Source: an uncultured Pseudobdellovibrionaceae bacterium (GTDB taxonomy: Bacteria > Bdellovibrionota > Bdellovibrionia > Bdellovibrionales > Bdellovibrionaceae). From it: DNA of 24,000 nt. The DNA is taken from the NCBI GenBank assembly GCA_964388665.1, contig CAYMBJ010000050.1, positions 4,454-28,453 on the forward strand, read 5' to 3'. A program made the position numbers and the translations under genes. How positions within the stretch are numbered: position 1 is the stretch's first letter; every line of letters begins with the position of its first letter. The notes under the pieces were generated by a model that did not search any database, was not told the DNA's origin, and saw only the letters and a list, made by a program, of their open reading frames with translations. Positions 1 to 8,666 of this stretch are shown here, piece by piece.

Positions 1-48
1 CTGGCTGCAACAAATTGACAAGATGCGTACTGACTCTTTGTGACTTGC

Positions 49-1080
49 TTATTTTGTCTTCATAGAAAGTGCCGGGCGTCGTGGCGAGTCTTGGCAGGCG
101 AGCTTTACTCCCAGAGAATCCTGCATCATCAGGCGAGACCAAGGGCCGCGAGACTCTTCAGCAGCACAGACCCACGAATTAAAATCCTGAGTGGAAATGC
201 CATTGCCGTACTTAGAGACAGAAGCAAAGTGCTTGGCCGCGGGCAGATTGAGATTCTCTACAGCCACCTTCAAGAATTCCTTTTGTGCCGCCGCCTGCTC
301 ACGGGACGAGAGAACAGCAGACAAACTGGATTCGATAATCTGCGGATTCAATTCGAGACTTCGCTCAATAAATGAGACAGCCATCTCGCTACGAGCCTTG
401 AGAGTTTTTTCCGGCGCCGGCAATCGCTTTAAGGCTTCTACCAAGAAGAAACTGGGAAAGCGTTTCAATTCTGGCTCAAACTCAGAAAATCCAGATAACA
501 AATTTAGACCCTTGTCATAGCATTGCAGCTTTCTGCTTTTCACCACTGAAATTGCGGCATCGAAAACCTGAAAGCTCTTTTGCTGGAGCAGTTGCTTTTC
601 TAAAACAAGCAACTCTTCGTTTGTTTCCAATTGCGTAATGCTAGCCAAAGACATTTGCGCCACTTTGCAAACATCGATCGGAGCGATCTCTGCCTCAACC
701 TGCGCAAAAATCTCTCGAGTTAAGAATGGATGTGATTCCTCGCGAGGATCTATAGAGGTTGTTAAAAATGAGCGTTTTTCATTGTCCTCGCACTTTGCTA
801 GGTTCTTCGCCCTCTCCTTAACAAAGCTTTTCAGCTGGCTCCGCTCGGATGCAAATTTTCCCACGCAAGACGGCATCGATTCACAGCTTAGGTACATTTC
901 GTACTCAGTTGCACGATTGGCCAGGTCTTCGCAATTTATGGCTTCAAAAAATTCAGCTTGAGAATTCACAGCAAACAGCATCACGCTCAAGTTCATCAAC
1001 CATTTAATGCCAGCTTTCCATCCAATAATGGAAACTGGCTCTGCATCGCGGTTCGCACCCTGTGTACCAAAATTGCGCAT
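49..1080 (-). CDS. hypothetical protein (no family recognised)
   Basis: 343-aa ORF, the longest in this region. It lies on the same strand as, and 94 nt downstream of, the STAS-like gene. It has several Cys residues and an N-proximal hydrophobic segment (WLMNLSVMLFAVNSQA). An alternative ATG lies at 996. I could assign no catalytic or domain motif. Confidence 0.45.
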   Translation of the reverse strand: MRNFGTQGANRDAEPVSIIGWKAGIKWLMNLSVMLFAVNSQAEFFEAINCEDLANRATEYEMYLSCESMPSCVGKFASERSQLKSFVKERAKNLAKCEDNEKRSFLTTSIDPREESHPFLTREIFAQVEAEIAPIDVCKVAQMSLASITQLETNEELLVLEKQLLQQKSFQVFDAAISVVKSRKLQCYDKGLNLLSGFSEFEPELKRFPSFFLVEALKRLPAPEKTLKARSEMAVSFIERSLELNPQIIESSLSAVLSSREQAAAQKEFLKVAVENLNLPAAKHFASVSKYGNGISTQDFNSWVCAAEESRGPWSRLMMQDSLGVKLACQDSPRRPALSMKTK

Positions 1081-1174
1081 ACTCTCATCTCCAAATGCAA
1101 TCTATCGCATGGCCAAACGCCACCGAGCGAATATTCATCTAGAGTTGCGAAAATGGTTCCATTTAAAACTGTAT

Positions 1175-1900
1175 CTATTGCATTCTGGGACGTATCTCGC
1201 TGTCGAAGTTTTTGACACTATTTGCGGATTTTCCCGCGACCCAGGACTTGGCTCTATCGAACTCCTCATAGGCAAAATGCTTTACCTCTGCGTTGACAAA
1301 CCTCTTGGCAATTTGCTGCGCCAATTCTGGCAGTAAGCCATCAACAGCCAAGGCAATGCGCTCAATCTTTTTGTGGTGACCACGAATGAACTCTACATGA
1401 CTAAAAAAACTGCCAAGGTTTTCCCAACCAGGAAATCGTCGCGCATGAACAACTATTCCTTTGAATCGGCTTTCATTTTCAAGCCACGAATCCACCCTAT
1501 TTGTCATCACTTCAAAATCTTCAGACGAAAGCGGCCCCTTGACTTCAACTGCCAAAACACCAGTCTCGCGATCCAAAACATAAGAGAGATCGGTCGATGC
1601 CGAAGTCAACCAAGTCTTGGCTTGCGCCAATTCCTTGCCAGGATAAACCTTAACAGGAATGGGCATCATCGCCCCAAAGAATCGACTGGTGGCACAAATC
1701 CATTCCTTGTCACTGACCACCGCTATGCGAGCAAAAGCCTTCATGTACCGCATTTCCAACTTCATGTCCTGCCAGGCGGCTGCAGCTGAAGCCGCCGAGA
1801 ACGCAGCAGATTTTCCCTTTTCTTTTAAGGAGCCTGTTAATCTAGATCGCAGTTTCCAATTGCTTAAGAAGCCTTGGATAGATTCCGCCAAAGCCGCCAT
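1175..1900 (-). CDS. STAS/SEC14-like (DUF3478-type) domain protein: one complete repeat preceded by a partial repeat
   Basis: The C-terminal ~120 aa (LSYVLDRETGVLAVEVKGPLSSEDFE...FPGWENLGSFFSHVEFIRGHHKKIERIALAVDG...AEVKHFAYEEFDRAKSWV) match the pattern of small STAS/SEC14-like proteins. The N-terminal part (AAAWQDMKLEMRYMKAFARIAVVSDKEW...VKVYPGKELAQAKTWL) repeats only the second half of that pattern. The start is uncertain: the annotated start overlaps the mpl 3' end by 59 nt (1842-1900), and internal Met codons exist. Confidence 0.55.
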   Translation of the reverse strand: MAALAESIQGFLSNWKLRSRLTGSLKEKGKSAAFSAASAAAAWQDMKLEMRYMKAFARIAVVSDKEWICATSRFFGAMMPIPVKVYPGKELAQAKTWLTSASTDLSYVLDRETGVLAVEVKGPLSSEDFEVMTNRVDSWLENESRFKGIVVHARRFPGWENLGSFFSHVEFIRGHHKKIERIALAVDGLLPELAQQIAKRFVNAEVKHFAYEEFDRAKSWVAGKSANSVKNFDSEIRPRMQ

Positions 1901-3305
1901 TGCTCATGAGCACGATCACGTCTCCAGGGCGGGCCTGGCGAACAAGCTTTGCCAAGACGTCGTCAGTGGATTCGCCAAGTTCACTTTTTGAATTCACGTT
2001 GATATCCGCGACGAGTTCAGCGGAGGAAAAGCGGTCGGTCTCAGCAATTTTACTCTGGTCATAGGCCTGTGCGATGACACTGTAGTCAGCAACCTGAAAG
2101 GCGCGTCCATATTCGTGTTGAAAGAACTTTCTTCGGGAAGTGGCACTCCGAGGTTCAAAGGCGCAGAGGAGACGACGCTCGGGGTACTTTTGCTTGAGTC
2201 CTTCAAGTGTGAGCTTTACGGCCGTGGGATGATGAGCGAAGTCTTCGATCACCAAGATTCCGCGTGGTTCGCCCAAAATCTCTTGGCGGCGCTTAACGCC
2301 CTTAAAGCTAAGGAAGGCGCGCTGAATGTCTGCAAATGCAATTCCCTGCTCGATTGCAACAATCATGGCGGAAAGAGAATTGAGGACATTGTACTCGCCA
2401 GAGAGCAGACTCTCAAGGGTGCCGAGCTTTTCTCCTTGCTGAAAAGCATCAAACTTCACGCCCTTTGCCGATGCGGTGATGTATTTAGCTTGATAGTCTC
2501 CGGCGTGAATTCCGTAAGAGATCTTCTTGCCTGCAAAGGGCGCCACAACTTCTCGAACATTTTGGTGCTCTTGCCAATAGACCAAAGTCCCTTTTGGCGT
2601 AAGCACTTCAAGTAGCATACTGAAGGCTCGCTTTACATCATCGAGATCTTTATAGATATCGGCATGATCAAACTCCACGCTGGTCAAGATGGCGCAGCTG
2701 GGGCGATAGTGTATAAACTTGGGCACCTTATCAAAAAAGGCTGTGTCGTACTCATCTCCTTCGATCACAAAGCAGTCTGCTTTGGGCATAGCAAAGGAGT
2801 ATTCAAAATTAAGTGGAATGCCGCCAATCAGATATCCAGGCTTTCGCCCAGCCACCTCAAAGATCCAAGCCAATAGTGAGGTGGTGGTGGTTTTTCCGTG
2901 AGTGCCAGAGACCACAAAGGACTTGCGATTTTCGATCACGGCCTCACCCATGGCTTTGGCCAAGGAGGTGTACGGCAGCTGCCGACGCAGCACCTCTTCG
3001 ACCTCAACATTACCGCGCGAGATGACATTGCCAATGATTACAAAGTCAGGAACTTTTTCTGTAACGTTTTTTGCATCATAGCCCGCGTACAGATGGATAC
3101 CCAGCTTTTCAATCTGCGTGGACATGGGCGGATAGGGATTGGCGTCACTGCCCGTGATCTTGTAGCCCTTGGCCTGCAGCAAACCGGCCAGACTTGCCAT
3201 TGCGGTTCCGCAGATTCCAAGAAAATGAATATGGCTACCAGCAGGAAGGTTTTCAAGAGAAGAGTGAGTGCTCAATCGCAGCTCCTTATGCGCAACAACT
3301 CGCAA
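1842..3305 (-). CDS. mpl: UDP-N-acetylmuramate:L-alanyl-gamma-D-glutamyl-meso-diaminopimelate ligase (murein peptide ligase)
   Basis: 487-aa ORF with the N-terminal HFLGICGTAMASLAGLLQAKGYKITGSD motif typical of Mpl/MurC and the Mur-ligase P-loop SGTHGKTTTTS. Mpl-like layout and synteny with ldcA. About 25 aa of N-terminal extension precede the conserved block, so the true start may differ. Confidence 0.85.
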   Translation of the reverse strand: MRVVAHKELRLSTHSSLENLPAGSHIHFLGICGTAMASLAGLLQAKGYKITGSDANPYPPMSTQIEKLGIHLYAGYDAKNVTEKVPDFVIIGNVISRGNVEVEEVLRRQLPYTSLAKAMGEAVIENRKSFVVSGTHGKTTTTSLLAWIFEVAGRKPGYLIGGIPLNFEYSFAMPKADCFVIEGDEYDTAFFDKVPKFIHYRPSCAILTSVEFDHADIYKDLDDVKRAFSMLLEVLTPKGTLVYWQEHQNVREVVAPFAGKKISYGIHAGDYQAKYITASAKGVKFDAFQQGEKLGTLESLLSGEYNVLNSLSAMIVAIEQGIAFADIQRAFLSFKGVKRRQEILGEPRGILVIEDFAHHPTAVKLTLEGLKQKYPERRLLCAFEPRSATSRRKFFQHEYGRAFQVADYSVIAQAYDQSKIAETDRFSSAELVADINVNSKSELGESTDDVLAKLVRQARPGDVIVLMSNGGFGGIYPRLLKQLETAI

Positions 3306-3322
3306 AGCGAGTTCATAATAAT

Positions 3323-4387
3323 TTATAGCATCGAGGACTTTTTCATGCCCTCAACAATCCAATTGTGCAGAATCGGGCGTAACATCGCAAATGCTTTGTT
3401 GTCTCGACCGTAGGCCACGCGATTGCTGAGTATCACGACTATCAAATCCGTTCGCGGATCATACCAAAACGAAGTTCCCGTAAATCCCGTATGCCCTATG
3501 GATTGGCCCGAAAAGTAGGAGCCACTGCTGGCAGAGCCCAAGGTGGGCATCATAAATCCGAGCGCCCAATCGCCAACACTCTCTGGCACCTGGCGTGCCG
3601 CAAACACTTTGGCCGTCTTTTGCTTGATGTGGTAACGAGCGATTCCGAGCAGTTGCGAACGCACCTGAAGCGCATACCAACTCACATCATCAATGCTCCC
3701 AAAGAGACCAGCATGAGTGCTCAATCCTCCCATAGACCACGCATTTTCATCGTGCACTTCGCCCTGAAGCACTCGCTTTCGCCAAGCACACTCTTCGGTG
3801 GGCGCATAGAGACTCTGCCGATACATCGGTTCGTTATTTTGATTGAACTCAAGTGTCGTGCCATCATAAAAGCGCGTTTTTAAGCTCTGCCAGACCTGAT
3901 CGATCGGCTGATCATAGATCGCCTCCAAGACATAACTCAACAGCCAAAAGCCAACATCCGAATAGACACTTTGATCCTTGGCTTCGAGAGGAGTTTTGAT
4001 TAATATCTCTTTCAACTGTTCGCGCCGCTCAGCGGGAGTCTTATTGAGATCGCACCATTGATAAAAGGGCAACCACCAGGGCAGTCCAGAGCGATGAATG
4101 AGCACGTCGCGAATCGTGACCGTCTCAGAATTGAACCATGGCACCAAGCTCTGCACTTTGGTGTCTAAGGACCATCGCCCCTCCTCAAAAGCCGCCATAA
4201 AGGCCTGCACGGTGAAAATGATTTTGGTTAAGCTTGCTAAATCATAGTAGGCGTAGGTATCGCCCACCGCTACATCGCAAAAAACTTTACCATTGACGTA
4301 GGCGCGAACCATCAGACCTGGAGTCACATCGCGAATTTTAGATTCCAACTGCGTTATCAGATTTTTTTCGAATACACTGTATCTCAT
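3323..4387 (-). CDS. serine hydrolase, beta-lactamase/PBP family (AmpH/PBP4*-like)
   Basis: 354-aa ORF with an SxxK motif (ASLTK), a YSD/YxN-position motif (VYSDVGF) and a GHTGFTGTSFWYDP box equivalent to KTG. It sits 18 nt upstream of mpl on the same strand. Confidence 0.8.
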   Translation of the reverse strand: MRYSVFEKNLITQLESKIRDVTPGLMVRAYVNGKVFCDVAVGDTYAYYDLASLTKIIFTVQAFMAAFEEGRWSLDTKVQSLVPWFNSETVTIRDVLIHRSGLPWWLPFYQWCDLNKTPAERREQLKEILIKTPLEAKDQSVYSDVGFWLLSYVLEAIYDQPIDQVWQSLKTRFYDGTTLEFNQNNEPMYRQSLYAPTEECAWRKRVLQGEVHDENAWSMGGLSTHAGLFGSIDDVSWYALQVRSQLLGIARYHIKQKTAKVFAARQVPESVGDWALGFMMPTLGSASSGSYFSGQSIGHTGFTGTSFWYDPRTDLIVVILSNRVAYGRDNKAFAMLRPILHNWIVEGMKKSSML

Positions 4388-4408
4388 TATGAAGTCATTG
4401 GAGCAGGA

Positions 4409-5392
4409 TTAGCTCGATATTTCAATTTGATATTGGCTTGGCTGCACACTGAAAATCTTTGCTCGCCCACCAAACACCCAAGGCTTTTGCTGTGGACTAT
4501 GACCAAACGGAAATCCCGAAAAAACTGGAATATCGACCTCCTGCGCAAACCGTTTAAGAACAGGCTTTACGAGAGACTTTTCCTGCCCAGGCTCTTTGCC
4601 GCCAGAAAAATCGCCAAACACCACAGCCACCACCAATTGCCGAAACTTCGGCCACTGTTGCAGCTGAGTTAGCAGGCGATCAATACGGTAGCCTCGCTCC
4701 CCGACATCCTCAAAAAAAAGAATCTGCCGCTCAGCTTTGCGTTGGGGAAAGTAGGGCCCGCCTAGCAAACTCATATAGGTGACGAGATTTCCACCAAGGG
4801 CAACTCCCTCCAGGTGCTTTGTTGCCGTCACCTTGGTCATGATCTTGCGATCAGAGCTGCTCAGAAGTCTCACCTTTGCGGGCTTTGTGGGACTCTGTAT
4901 TGAATCTCGCTGCAAAATGCTCCAGGACTCTTGAACCCATTTTTTTTCCACCCCGTCGGCCGCCAACCTCTCAAGCACAGGCCCGTGCAGTGAGGGCCAG
5001 CGCCACTCTTGCCAAAGGTAAGCACTCAGTGCGGTGACATCACTCATGCCAATCAACCATTTTTTTTGTGATGGCTTTTTGATTTTGTCCAGATAAGGTA
5101 AAAGTCGTTGACTGCCGTATCCACCGCGCAAACACCACACGGCCCGACACTCCGGATTTTCCAGCGCCGCCACCAACTGCTTTGCGCGAATCTCATCACG
5201 ATGAGCATGCAAAAAGTGTCCACCCAAAACAGGCCTGCGGATCTGCACGCGATAGCCTTTGCCTTGCAAAAACTCTGTGGCCCGCAACAGCTGCACTCTG
5301 TCCGCACCAAATCCAGGAGCGATCACTTCAATCAGGTCTCCCCTTTTTAGGGAGGCAGGAGTGAAGGATTTAGAAAGTTTCTTTGAAGTCAT
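4409..5392 (-). CDS. ldcA: LD-carboxypeptidase (muramoyltetrapeptide carboxypeptidase, peptidase S66)
   Basis: 327-aa ORF. It carries GGYGSQRLLPYLD, the nucleophile motif GMSDVTAL, FFEDVGE and the C-terminal GFPFGHSP (His of the Ser-His-Glu triad). First gene of the minus-strand cluster. Confidence 0.85.
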   Translation of the reverse strand: MTSKKLSKSFTPASLKRGDLIEVIAPGFGADRVQLLRATEFLQGKGYRVQIRRPVLGGHFLHAHRDEIRAKQLVAALENPECRAVWCLRGGYGSQRLLPYLDKIKKPSQKKWLIGMSDVTALSAYLWQEWRWPSLHGPVLERLAADGVEKKWVQESWSILQRDSIQSPTKPAKVRLLSSSDRKIMTKVTATKHLEGVALGGNLVTYMSLLGGPYFPQRKAERQILFFEDVGERGYRIDRLLTQLQQWPKFRQLVVAVVFGDFSGGKEPGQEKSLVKPVLKRFAQEVDIPVFSGFPFGHSPQQKPWVFGGRAKIFSVQPSQYQIEISS

Positions 5393-5595
5393 TTAATTGC
5401 AACCTTGATTTCCGCAACTTCCTAGCTACGACCTGGAACGACAGTTCTCTTGACACTATAGCAACAATCTTTGACCCGTCAATCTTTTAGACAGTCGTCA
5501 CGGTCCACAGATTCCTACTGACACTGTCCTCCTTTGGCTTTGATCTTGCAATTTCGAAGATCTGTACAAATTCGCTAATTTTTAAGGAGTGCTCA
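5393..5595. promoter_or_regulatory. divergent intergenic region between ldcA (-) and paralog 1 (+), with a strong Shine-Dalgarno for paralog 1
   Basis: 203-nt non-coding gap between divergently oriented genes. AAGGAG at 5584-5589 lies 6 nt before the ATG at 5596. A TTGACA hexamer is present, but I could not pair it with a convincing -10 at canonical spacing, so no exact promoter is placed. Confidence 0.4.
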
Positions 5596-7053
5596 ATGAC
5601 TTTAAATAACAATGCCCGCCGATTCTTTGTTTCCGTTTTTACTTTAGGAGTCGTTTTTGCGTCTTCGCCAGGACTCGCATTCTCGTTTACTAAAAAGACT
5701 GAAGGATGTCGCCCAGCTGCTAGCAGTGACGACAAGTTGACTACCGATGAAACAATCAATTGTTTTGCAAATGACAAGGTGAAGTTTGCAGTTAAAACTC
5801 CTGACGAAATTACCATAGATGACCTTTCTGCGGAAATGCTTGCAGAAGGACCCAATATGCATGGTTTAACAGACCAAGAGCTCAGCTCAAAAAAGGTTTA
5901 CTGCCGTTATAAGTATCACGAAAAGTCACAAAACAGCCCCAAATTTCGCTGTTTCCGCACTGATTCCAATGGGCGTTTTTTTAACAGCCAAAATGAAATT
6001 GTAACTGAAGCCGTTGAGGCCTTGGATGCTGATAAAAAAATCAATGGAGTCGAATACAAAGAGGGCACTCTTTTAGACATCTCCGGACAACCAATTGCGG
6101 TGGGTTCAGAAATTCAAAGAGGTGACGAAATCAAGGTCAAATACCTTTCTACAAAAGTCAAATCTACTTCAGGCAACAGTTTCGTTCTTGAAGAAGAAAT
6201 TGAAATGCCAAGATACCGCGAAGTTTTCACAGAAGTCGTTGGCACGCGGCTGATGTGGGCGCTTGGTTTTCCTGCTGACAATATCTACCCTGTTGAAAAG
6301 CTCATTTGCTTTGGCTGCAACAATCACCCATTCGAGCAGCTCAAGTCCACAATCAATATGGAAGAAGTACGAAAATCAGCCAATCCTTTTGGTGTAATTA
6401 TCAACTACAATGCCCAATTTACATCGCCAATTATCGAAAGACGATATGAACCAAAAAAAATCGGCGAGAGCTGGGACTTCGACGTCATAACTAAAGACAA
6501 TGTAGTAAAGAATTGGACAGCGGAACAGAAAAACGACTTTGAGGCCATGATCTTGGCAGTCAGCCTGATCAACTATTACAATCCCATTGCACAGCAGAAT
6601 CGTTTGCACTGCGAGAGCAAACCTAAAGACAACCAGTGCGACTATCCAATGGCCATGATTCAGGACGTAGGATCAACCTTGGGTGGCGACCATCCAGGCC
6701 TTTTCAATTCTGGAATTGCGATTCCAGGCCTTATGCAAAACCCTCGTGGAGAGCTCTCGGCCTTTGAGAATGGCAAGATCTTCGCAAATGCAGCCACCTG
6801 TCAACTTGGCCATGCCTTCGGCGAAGTTACCCACATTTCAAACTCAGGCATGTCATCCTTTTTGGCCAGACTCAATGCCGCAGACCTAACAGAAGAAAAG
6901 GTTCGCGCTATCTTTGAGGCTTCACGAATCGTGAATGCTGACCCAGAACTGAGAGACACTTTGGGTGCCAATGTGGTCTTGAACCGCTGGGTGCAAGCCT
7001 TTATGAATCACGTTCAAGAGGTCAAGAGTGCGGGATCTTGTTTGGAACACTAG
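5596..7053 (+). CDS. secreted Cys-containing protein, paralog 1 of a tandem pair; kinase-like motif layout with a degenerate catalytic-loop position
   Basis: 485-aa ORF with a strong RBS and signal peptide MTLNNNARRFFVSVFTLGVVFASSPGLAFS. It shares sequence blocks with the next gene: PKFRC, IKVKY, TRLMWALGFPADNIYPVEKLICFGC, AQQNRLHC, IQDVGSTLGG, AATC. Confidence 0.75.
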   Translation: MTLNNNARRFFVSVFTLGVVFASSPGLAFSFTKKTEGCRPAASSDDKLTTDETINCFANDKVKFAVKTPDEITIDDLSAEMLAEGPNMHGLTDQELSSKKVYCRYKYHEKSQNSPKFRCFRTDSNGRFFNSQNEIVTEAVEALDADKKINGVEYKEGTLLDISGQPIAVGSEIQRGDEIKVKYLSTKVKSTSGNSFVLEEEIEMPRYREVFTEVVGTRLMWALGFPADNIYPVEKLICFGCNNHPFEQLKSTINMEEVRKSANPFGVIINYNAQFTSPIIERRYEPKKIGESWDFDVITKDNVVKNWTAEQKNDFEAMILAVSLINYYNPIAQQNRLHCESKPKDNQCDYPMAMIQDVGSTLGGDHPGLFNSGIAIPGLMQNPRGELSAFENGKIFANAATCQLGHAFGEVTHISNSGMSSFLARLNAADLTEEKVRAIFEASRIVNADPELRDTLGANVVLNRWVQAFMNHVQEVKSAGSCLEH

Positions 7054-7062
7054 CGATAGGGT

Positions 7063-7089
7063 AGGAGCGCTTTCTCTGAAAGCGCTCCT
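7063..7089 (+). terminator. perfect 12-bp stem / 3-nt loop hairpin just after the paralog 1 stop codon
   Basis: AGGAGCGCTTTC-TCT-GAAAGCGCTCCT begins 10 nt after the stop codon at 7051-7053. No U-tract follows (GTCGCGAAG), so it is an atypical intrinsic terminator or an RNA-stabilising hairpin. Confidence 0.4.
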
Positions 7090-7153
7090 GTCGCGAAGAC
7101 GTATCTGCACCTCTATAATTATACAAAAACCTGAATCTTGAAAGGGCCACTTT

Positions 7154-8653
7154 ATGAAAAGATCTTTAATTCTTACATCAATATTTGCCACTGCAAACCT
7201 AATTTCGACTGCAGCAAGTTCCGAAATTCTAATTAACACCTTGGACGAGAGAGCTGAACTTTTGAAACAAGCCGACGTTTGGGACCGTCCTGATTGGATC
7301 GAAAAGGACACTCACAAGTTTTTAGACTCTTACCAACTGTCTAAAAAAGGCGTTGATTCAGCAATACAGACCAATGGTGAATTTATTGAACTGGGTCCTG
7401 ATCGTGACTCTAGCATCGCTAAGGCTCTGAGCGAGGAAAACGTCGAATGCATCTATAACGACGAGCGAACGCAACGAAGCAAAAAGACCTCAGGATTCAC
7501 GCCTAAATTCTATTGCGATTTAAAATACACCAAAACCACAAATGATGGGATTGAAAATAAGACCAAAACTATCAAAATCAAGTATGACAACGGCGAAGCC
7601 TATTCAGAAATGGCTGCAACACGATTGATGTGGGCTCTGGGATTTAAAGCAGACAAAATGTATTCTGTTAAAAAACTGACTTGCCTTGGCTGCCCCGATG
7701 GTAATCCATGGAGGAATCAAGAGACTTACAGCTTGAGTAAATTTGGCGACAACCAAGTTGTTTTTGAAAATGTAGTGGCCGAACAAAAGTTTGACGCTGA
7801 AGAAATTGAGATGAATCCGGCTACCAATATCGCCTACAACGAATCAAAGGGATTTGACATGGGCACACTCTTTAATGGATTTTTGCGCCAAGATATTGAA
7901 CGCCTCCCTCGTGAAGATCAAGACATCGCCATTAAACGCAAAACACAGCGTGAAGCGCTTCGATTGCTTGCAGTGTTTTTGCAACATGGTGACAACAAGA
8001 GTGCTCAACAAAGACTTGCCTGTAAACTGAAAGATGGGAGCGAAGATAAATCAAGCATCACTATCGATGATTGCAAAGAGGGCAAACTCTACGCCTTAAT
8101 TCAAGACGTTGGCGCCACTTTTGGTATAGGATCTTGGACCATTCCTGAAAATCCAATCATGAACTTTTTTACCTCGATCCCCTCGAAAGTGATCCTTGAG
8201 TCAGCAAAAATGAATGCAGATGGCTGGAACCAATCTCCCTTCTGGAATGACGCAGCCACATGCCGTGCAAACTTGAATTCTGCCCACACAGAAAAGATGG
8301 ACGATCCGATCATTTCAGAGGAAGGTCGGCAGTTTTTGGCCACACTATTAAGTGGATTCATCGACGGCAGCAATGGCGAGGAACGACTGACAGCTTTGTT
8401 TACTAAGAGCCGCGCTGATATTCGCATGGCGAGAATTCGCTTAAACGCTGAACTCACCAGAGCATCCCAGGCCAAAGATTTACAAGAGTACTATAAGCTG
8501 ACTCGTGAATATGACCAAAATCTCAAAACACAAACTGCTATTGAACTCGCCAACTGGAAAAATATTTTCCGCCAAAAGGTGGCTGAATTGAAAAATCCAG
8601 TGCCAGAAAATCCAAACTTCTCATGCCCTACCAGCATTCTTGATGCTGAGTGA
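7154..8653 (+). CDS. secreted Cys-containing protein, paralog 2 of the tandem pair; putative PI3/4-kinase-like (type II PI4K-like) fold
   Basis: 499-aa ORF with signal peptide MKRSLILTSIFATANLISTAASS. Its motif order is reminiscent of atypical kinases: IKIKY (Lys strand), EAYSEMAATRLMWALGF (Glu helix), LLAVFLQHGDNKSAQQ (catalytic-loop-like), LIQDVGATFG (DFG-like). A predicted coiled/charged C-terminal tail follows. Confidence 0.75.
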   Translation: MKRSLILTSIFATANLISTAASSEILINTLDERAELLKQADVWDRPDWIEKDTHKFLDSYQLSKKGVDSAIQTNGEFIELGPDRDSSIAKALSEENVECIYNDERTQRSKKTSGFTPKFYCDLKYTKTTNDGIENKTKTIKIKYDNGEAYSEMAATRLMWALGFKADKMYSVKKLTCLGCPDGNPWRNQETYSLSKFGDNQVVFENVVAEQKFDAEEIEMNPATNIAYNESKGFDMGTLFNGFLRQDIERLPREDQDIAIKRKTQREALRLLAVFLQHGDNKSAQQRLACKLKDGSEDKSSITIDDCKEGKLYALIQDVGATFGIGSWTIPENPIMNFFTSIPSKVILESAKMNADGWNQSPFWNDAATCRANLNSAHTEKMDDPIISEEGRQFLATLLSGFIDGSNGEERLTALFTKSRADIRMARIRLNAELTRASQAKDLQEYYKLTREYDQNLKTQTAIELANWKNIFRQKVAELKNPVPENPNFSCPTSILDAE

Positions 8654-8666
8654 ATGGACTTCGGTG

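Noticed and set aside
2898-3413. Plus-strand 171-aa ORF spanning the mpl start and the serine hydrolase end.
   Set aside because: It is antisense to two well-supported genes and crosses their 17-nt intergenic gap, with no motif. It is a shadow ORF.
5487-7311. Minus-strand ORFs 5487-5855 (122 aa), 5644-5862 (72 aa), 6376-6609 (77 aa) and 6922-7311 (129 aa) overlapping the tandem paralogs and their intergenic regions.
   Set aside because: They are antisense to plus-strand genes that have a strong RBS, signal peptides and mutual paralogy. They have no motifs of their own.
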